DNA from: Auanema rhodensis | Lineage: Eukaryota > Animalia > Nematoda | Direction: 5' to 3' | DNA: 64,000 bases | NCBI GenBank assembly: GCA_964057225.1 | Contig: CAXKVF010000009.1 | Coordinates: 27,104 to 91,103 of the forward strand | In this document: piece after piece, positions 63,639-64,000 of the stretch | Layout: each line of letters begins with the position of its first letter | Numbering within the stretch: position 1 is the first letter of the stretch | Notes under the pieces: generated by a model | Database searches by the model: none | The model's input: the letters and a program-made list of their open reading frames with translations, nothing else | Told to the model about the DNA's origin: nothing | Program-made: the position numbers and the translations under genes

Positions 63639-64000
63639 TCACAGTTTATATAATATGCTGTGAGATTGCTTCTGTGCTTCCCCGTATCTACTAGGGCATA
63701 ATTGATATCCTCCTGGTTCTTGAATATAATGATGGACGAATTTAGAATGCTGCCGAAAATTCCCATAATCAACTGAAATTTATTATATTCATGAATGTAT
63801 TCGATGTAATGTATTTTACCTTCTTGTTGTTCACGGTTATTTCTATCTTTGGTCAGTGCTTTAACTATGTCGTATACGTTCGCCTGTGTGAGTCTTTCTC
63901 CTTTTTTTCTTATTGATCAGGTCTTTAATTTTGTTGAGTTTCTTCTTGTAGTTTGAAGTTGTGCTCAATTTATTAAATATGTTGACCAGATCGTTCTGAC
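63639..64000 (-). CDS. Probable 3' end of a spliced gene of unknown function (exons 64000-63820 and 63772-63639); one apparent frameshift
   Basis: 47-nt GTAA..ATTTCAG intron at 63819-63773; the frame stays open across the splice (..DRNNREQQE-VDYGNFRQHSKF..SILYKL*); AATAAA at 63568-63563; needs a 1-nt correction in the T7 run at 63902-63908. Confidence 0.5.

Overview
Bases 1-59314 are the end of a head-to-tail eukaryotic 45S rDNA array on the + strand (unit 8055 bp: 18S ~1.75 kb, ITS1, 5.8S, ITS2, 28S ~3.5 kb, ~2.2 kb IGS/ETS). Sequence signatures (18S starting ..CTGATTGATTCTGTCAGCGC and ending GGATCATCG; 5.8S starting CTAGCT..AGCGATGGATCGGTTG) point to a rhabditid (clade V, Caenorhabditis-like) nematode; I cannot name the species. 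There are 7 18S, 8 5.8S and 8 28S copies. One unit has lost 3114 bp, covering the promoter side of the IGS and all but the last 3-4 nt of 18S (junction ~15355). The last 28S is cut at ~59314, where a Helentron/DINE-like terminus begins. The most unusual feature is the IGS: each complete spacer carries six copies of the first 50-95 nt of 18S (one sense, five antisense). All six start exactly at the mature 18S 5' terminus and fall into two sequence types. Bases 59315-64000 are a mosaic of non-coding repeat and transposon fragments, followed by the probable 3' end of a minus-strand spliced gene. All listed ORFs inside the array are rDNA shadow or low-complexity artefacts. rRNA boundaries were placed by eye and are approximate (a few nt).
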